64,000 bases of DNA from Acholeplasmataceae bacterium. Its GTDB lineage: Bacteria > Bacillota_I > Bacilli_A > Acholeplasmatales > Acholeplasmataceae. The position numbers and the translations under genes are program-made. The stretch's first letter is position 1, and the number at the start of each line of letters is the position of its first letter. The stretch covers positions 9,654 through 73,653 of the forward strand of contig RECG01000014.1 of the NCBI GenBank assembly GCA_007692425.1, in the 5' to 3' direction. The notes under the pieces were generated by a model. That model was not told the origin of the DNA. It made no database searches and saw nothing but the letters and a program-made list of their open reading frames with translations. This document shows positions 59,665 to 64,000 of this stretch, one piece after another.

Positions 59665-60287
59665 AACCGGCATTGCTGACCTATTTGCACGAGGTCATCA
59701 TCCCCCGCTACAAAGCTTATGACGCCGCCCATCAACCCGATCATGTCGAGACCATCATCAAGAACGCCATGGCCATCGCCAAAGACCTTCCGGTCGACCT
59801 TGAGATGGTCTACGTCATCGCTGCTTATCATGACATCGGCATGCAGCACGGACGCGAGACCCACCATCTGACCGGTGCCCGCATCCTCATGGAAGACACG
59901 GTGCTCGACCAATGGTTTGACAAGGCTCAAAAACAAATCATGAAAGAGGCCGTCGAAGATCATCGTGCCTCACAGGAAAACCCGCCCCGGTCCCTTTACG
60001 GCGCCATCATTGCCGAAGCAGACCGCGATCTGGATCCGGATACCGTCATCCGGCGCACCGTCCAGTTCGGACTCTCGCATTATCCCGATCTGACCTTTGA
60101 AGAACATTACCGGCGACTGGTCGAACATGTCAAGACCAAGTATGGACACGATGGTTATTTGAAACTGTGGCTGGACACCGATCTCAATCGGCAAAGGCTG
60201 TCTGACATCCGGGCATTGCTTGTCCGACACAGGCAAATGAAAGCCAAAGTCCGACATTATTACGAGACCTTTTCAAAAAAGGTCTGA
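59661..60287 (+). CDS. HD-domain phosphohydrolase
   Basis: H...HD pattern (HVETII...AAYHDIG). ATGA overlap with the NUDIX gene. Confidence 0.75.
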   Translation: MKPALLTYLHEVIIPRYKAYDAAHQPDHVETIIKNAMAIAKDLPVDLEMVYVIAAYHDIGMQHGRETHHLTGARILMEDTVLDQWFDKAQKQIMKEAVEDHRASQENPPRSLYGAIIAEADRDLDPDTVIRRTVQFGLSHYPDLTFEEHYRRLVEHVKTKYGHDGYLKLWLDTDLNRQRLSDIRALLVRHRQMKAKVRHYYETFSKKV

Positions 60288-60368
60288 TTTCTTTTTTATG
60301 CTGTCATTCTCCTTCTTTTTTATGTTACAATAGACGTATAAAATACGATACGAAAAAAGGAGACAAAC

Positions 60369-61481
60369 ATGATTATCGGAACAGTCAAGGAAGTCAAGAA
60401 AAAGGAGTACCGTGTCGGACTGACACCGTCAAGCGTCAGTGAGTATGTCGGGCATGGCCATACGGTCTATGTCGAGTCGGATGCAGGCATCAATTCAGGC
60501 TTTGACAATGCAGATTATGTCAAAGCCGGTGCCAAGATTCTCAAGACCGCCAAAGAGGTGTGGGACAGCGTCGACATGATCGTCAAAGTCAAGGAACCGT
60601 TGGCAGAAGAATTCGGTCACTTGCGTGACAATCTGATTTTATACACCTATTTGCACCTGGCCGCCTGTGAAGACCTGACCAAGGCCCTCATGAAAGCCAA
60701 GACCGACTCCGTGGCGTATGAGACCATCACCTTGCCGGACGGCTCGCTACCGTGTCTCAAGCCGATGAGCGAAGTGGCCGGACGCATCGGTGCGATCGAA
60801 GGTGCCAAACACCTTGAAAAGCCTTTCGGCGGCAGTGGTATCCTCATTTCCGGCGTGCCCGGCACAGAACGTGCCAACGTCTGCATCATCGGTGCAGGTG
60901 TCGTCGGTGTCAATGCCCTCAAGATGATTGCCGGCATGGAAGCCAATGTCACCGTGTTGGATATCAATCTCGATAAGCTGACCTATCTCGATGAGCTTTA
61001 TGGCAATCGCATCACCACGCTCTACAGCAGTGAAGCCAACATTGAAAAAGCGGTCAAGCAAGCCGATCTTATCATTAGTGGCGTGTTGTTGCCAGGTGGT
61101 GCCAAAGCACCAAAACTGATCAAGCGTGCCTATTACAAGGACATGCGTCCCGGCAGTGTCATCGTTGACATCGCCATCGACCAGGGTGGCTCCACCGAAG
61201 TGTCCAAGATGACCTACCATGACGATCCGACCTACGTCGTCGACGGCATCGTCCATTATTGTGTCGCCAACATGCCAGGTGCGGTCCCGCGCACATCGAC
61301 CGTCGCCTTGAACAATGCGACACTCAAATATGGGTTGATGATCGCCGATTATGGCTTGGATGCCGCCATCAAGATCTCCGAACCTTTACGGATGGGTGTC
61401 AACACCTATCATGGTCAATGCACCTGTGAGGGTGTCTGTCAAGCCTTTGACATGCCTTATAAACCGCTTCGTCAGGATTGA
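60369..61481 (+). CDS. ald: Alanine dehydrogenase
   Basis: MIIGTVKE.K..E.RV.LTP start, Rossmann motif IIGAGVVG and the CVANMPG block. Confidence 0.93.
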   Translation: MIIGTVKEVKKKEYRVGLTPSSVSEYVGHGHTVYVESDAGINSGFDNADYVKAGAKILKTAKEVWDSVDMIVKVKEPLAEEFGHLRDNLILYTYLHLAACEDLTKALMKAKTDSVAYETITLPDGSLPCLKPMSEVAGRIGAIEGAKHLEKPFGGSGILISGVPGTERANVCIIGAGVVGVNALKMIAGMEANVTVLDINLDKLTYLDELYGNRITTLYSSEANIEKAVKQADLIISGVLLPGGAKAPKLIKRAYYKDMRPGSVIVDIAIDQGGSTEVSKMTYHDDPTYVVDGIVHYCVANMPGAVPRTSTVALNNATLKYGLMIADYGLDAAIKISEPLRMGVNTYHGQCTCEGVCQAFDMPYKPLRQD

Positions 61482-61487
61482 TGACAT

Positions 61488-61520
61488 CAGAGGGCAACTG
61501 TGGTTGCCCTCTTTTTTTTT
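61488..61520 (+). terminator. Rho-independent terminator after ald
   Basis: AGAGGGCAAC-tgtg-GTTGCCCTCT followed by T10. Confidence 0.85.
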
Positions 61521-61588
61521 TAAAAGAAATGGTAAAATCATTGGAATATCAAAATACTACGTAGTATAATGGTGAAAAGGAGAGCACT

Positions 61589-62713
61589 ATGAAACCGATC
61601 CAAGAAACTGGCCGACTGATCCTGCGTCTGTTCTTCTATTTCACTTTTCGTTTCAACTTCACTTATACTGATTTCAACCGCAAACGGAAAGAACCATACT
61701 TATTGATCGCCAACCACACCACGGCGTTGGACGCGCTCTATATCGGCATGAACCTGATCCGTTATCCTTATCCGATCGCCAACGCTTTTGTCTACACCAA
61801 CCGGATGTTGAATATCCTTTTGACCAAATTCATCACTTCCATTCCCAAACGAAAAGGCCAAAGCGACATCATGACCATCAAAAGCATTCTCGAAGCTTTT
61901 AAGAAGGACAAGCGAGGTGTCATGCTGTTTCCGGAAGGCAACGCCTCGTACTTTGGCGCCCATACCAAGGTCGATTACACCAGCACGGCCAAATTGATCA
62001 AAAAACTGCGTCAAGAAGTCATCATTGTCAAGATCAACGGTGGTTATCTGGCCTATCCCCGTTGGGGAAAGAAAGCAAAAAGGCCACCTTATCATGCCCA
62101 TTACCATCCCTTGCTCAAACCTGACCAGATCGATAAGATGACCCTTGAAGACATCACCTCGCTGCTGGAAGAGTCCATGGCCTTCAATGATTATGATTGG
62201 AACCGCGTCAAGCAACTCAAATTCCGCACCAGACACCGGGCTGAAGGTCTTGAACATTACATTTATGTCTGTCCCACCTGTGGCGGGGTCCAGACGATCC
62301 GGACGAAAGGCAACGACGTGTCATGCACGACCTGTGGCAAACTCGCGACCTTCAACGTCTACGGCTTGCTCGAAGGATTGCCTTTTGACAATTTGTTGCC
62401 ATGGGATGACCTGCAAAAAGACAAAATCCCCGAGATTGCCAAAGGCCCCATCACCAGCCGGGGTGAACTCTTTGAAATTGATTTCACCAGAAACCGGCGG
62501 ATGTCGAAAGGCATGATGGAGATCCGCTTGGCGGATGGCCTGCTCACCATGAAAGGCAAGCACCAATATGACTTACATATTGACGACATAAAAGGACAGG
62601 TCATCACCCAGAAAAACTTCCTGTCTTTCGATCATCATGATCAAACGTATTACATCGCCATCAAGGATCCGATGCTCTTCCTTGATGTCATCAATCACCT
62701 CAAAGGAGAATAA
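61589..62713 (+). CDS. PlsC-family (lysophospholipid) acyltransferase with a C-terminal zinc-ribbon-containing extension
   Basis: HX4D motif NHTTALD and the FPEGN block. CPTCGG...CTTCGK in the C-terminal half. Confidence 0.75.
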   Translation: MKPIQETGRLILRLFFYFTFRFNFTYTDFNRKRKEPYLLIANHTTALDALYIGMNLIRYPYPIANAFVYTNRMLNILLTKFITSIPKRKGQSDIMTIKSILEAFKKDKRGVMLFPEGNASYFGAHTKVDYTSTAKLIKKLRQEVIIVKINGGYLAYPRWGKKAKRPPYHAHYHPLLKPDQIDKMTLEDITSLLEESMAFNDYDWNRVKQLKFRTRHRAEGLEHYIYVCPTCGGVQTIRTKGNDVSCTTCGKLATFNVYGLLEGLPFDNLLPWDDLQKDKIPEIAKGPITSRGELFEIDFTRNRRMSKGMMEIRLADGLLTMKGKHQYDLHIDDIKGQVITQKNFLSFDHHDQTYYIAIKDPMLFLDVINHLKGE

Positions 62714-62716
62714 GAC

Positions 62717-64000
62717 ATGCAAGAATGGGGAATCATCCTGAATTTCATATTAATCGGCGTTTTGATGTTTGTTGCCAAACTCATGAAGACCAAACTGCCG
62801 GTCTTGAACAAGGTCGTCATTCCGACCGCCTTGCTGGCCGGTGTCATCGGCCTGTTCATCATCCTTGCCTTGCCCGCCACCTTCATGGACAAGGATGCCT
62901 TCAGAGGCCAGATGGGCAACATCGTCTATCACGCCCTGGCCATCGGCTTCATCGCGCTCGCGCTCAAGCGCGAGCCTGGCAAGATCAAGAAAAAGATCTG
63001 GTCGACCGGCATGTTGATCACCAGCACCTATGCCCTTCAGGCCGTGATCGGCATCTTGGTCGTCTTCCTGTTTTTCAGCGACCGTTTCATCGGCTCTGGC
63101 ATGCTCGTCGCGCTTGGCTTCGGCCAAGGGCCGGGACTGGCTTGGTCGATTGGCAACACCTGGAATGATTTTCTCGAAGGTTTCGGCGGGACGATCGGCA
63201 TCGCCTATTCTTTTCTAGGCTTTGTCTTTGGTGGGACGATCGGCGTCACCCTGATCAATATCGTCAGCCGCCGTCGCGGTCAGGCCAAGCCCAAATCGTA
63301 TGAGGAGGAGTCTGTCGGCAAGACCATGGTCGAAATCGATACGGTCAAGGAAATCAGCATTCTGGACGGCATCACCATGCAGGCCATCATCATTTCCCTC
63401 ATCTACGGTCTGGTCTATTTGATTTTGCTCGGATCAAATGCCTTGCTTGGCGATGACGGTGTGGGCGGTACCGTCTTCGGCCTGATCAAGGGTTTCAATT
63501 TCATTATCGGTATTCTACTCGCCCTTGGTTACAAGCGAATCCTCTTGCTTTTTGAAAGAAAAGGCAAAAATGTCCGCTTTGTCACCAACAATTATGTGCT
63601 GTCCAACATTGCTTCGACCGCTTTCAATGTCATGATTGCCGGTGCGGTGCTCGCCATCGAGCCCGGGTTCATCCGTGAATACGGTCTTCAACTTTTGATC
63701 ACCGCCATATTGGCCGGCTCCATCACCATGCTATATCTCTTCCACATGACCAAACGGATTTACAAGCAATATCAGGAAGAATACTTTATCGGCTTGTTCG
63801 GCATGCTCACGGGTGTTGCCTCAACCGGTCTGGCCCTGCTCAAGGGGATCGACCCCAATCTTGAATCACCTGTCGCCGAAGAAATGGTGCTCGGATCCGG
63901 TACCGCCATCACGATGGCGCTGCCCCTCTTTGCCATCCTTTTCATTCCATCGTTGACAGTCGGAGGGCCGAATGAAACGATGTGGAACTGGATCAGCCTG
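62717..64000 (+). CDS. gltS: Sodium/glutamate symporter (GltS/ESS family), 3-prime end outside the window
   Basis: RBS AAAGGAG lies before ATG 62717. The frame stays open for 428 codons to the window end. It is highly hydrophobic with GltS-like blocks (IPTALLAG.IG, GFGQGPG, GLFGMLTGVASTGLALL). It is absent from the ORF track because no stop is reached. Confidence 0.8.
   Translation, partial: MQEWGIILNFILIGVLMFVAKLMKTKLPVLNKVVIPTALLAGVIGLFIILALPATFMDKDAFRGQMGNIVYHALAIGFIALALKREPGKIKKKIWSTGMLITSTYALQAVIGILVVFLFFSDRFIGSGMLVALGFGQGPGLAWSIGNTWNDFLEGFGGTIGIAYSFLGFVFGGTIGVTLINIVSRRRGQAKPKSYEEESVGKTMVEIDTVKEISILDGITMQAIIISLIYGLVYLILLGSNALLGDDGVGGTVFGLIKGFNFIIGILLALGYKRILLLFERKGKNVRFVTNNYVLSNIASTAFNVMIAGAVLAIEPGFIREYGLQLLITAILAGSITMLYLFHMTKRIYKQYQEEYFIGLFGMLTGVASTGLALLKGIDPNLESPVAEEMVLGSGTAITMALPLFAILFIPSLTVGGPNETMWNWISL

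Noticed and set aside
62725-63168. Listed 147-aa ORF 62725-63168(+) and antisense ORF 62750-63127(-).
   Set aside because: Both overlap the much longer hydrophobic gltS frame (62717 to window end), which has an RBS and GltS-like motifs. Their products are Arg/His/Gly-rich shadow-frame sequences.

Overview
Chromosomal window of about 50% G+C. It uses the standard genetic code (TGA ends many genes). Gram-positive-type RBSs, sigma-A-like promoters and many lipobox lipoproteins point to a Bacillota/Mycoplasmatota-type lineage. I saw no rRNA, CRISPR array, transposase or integrase.

Layout:
1. 1-19.3 kb: a beta-glucan (laminarin-type) utilisation locus. It holds two GH16 glucanases (one cytoplasmic, one lipoprotein), a 1238-aa surface lipoprotein with tandem CBM-like repeats and a fasciclin domain, two binding proteins and two ABC permease pairs. 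Three large uncharacterised proteins are embedded in the operon: a 1017-aa anchored binding-protein fusion, an NHL-propeller/TPR/Yip1 membrane fusion, and a DUF5696-like protein. This is my best candidate for an undescribed system.
2. 19.3-27.2 kb: an EEP hydrolase, an Opu-type osmoprotectant ABC importer, tRNA-Lys(CUU), a NUDIX hydrolase, small membrane proteins, a metallophosphoesterase, a thioesterase and an ABC-F ATPase.
3. 27.4-33.4 kb: the Leloir operon galK-galM-galT, followed by a second CBM-repeat lipoprotein.
4. 33.5-51 kb: housekeeping genes. These are ispG, ferredoxin, rpmG, an MBL hydrolase, the CIRCE-controlled hrcA-grpE-dnaK-dnaJ operon, lplA, yceD-rpmF, rsmH-mgsA, a Fur-family regulator, nadD-nadE, mnmA and recD2.
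5. 51-55.3 kb: a cobalamin riboswitch controlling two DUF4430 proteins and an ECF S-component-like protein, flanked by two polytopic membrane proteins.
6. 55.3-56.4 kb: a low-GC islet carrying an HTH-MNT/HepT toxin-antitoxin pair. The hepT gene is cut by an in-frame TGA.
7. 56.4-64 kb: glgC-glgA, NUDIX, an HD protein, ald, a PlsC-type acyltransferase and the 5' part of gltS.

All functional calls rest on motifs I recognise by eye. No database search was possible.
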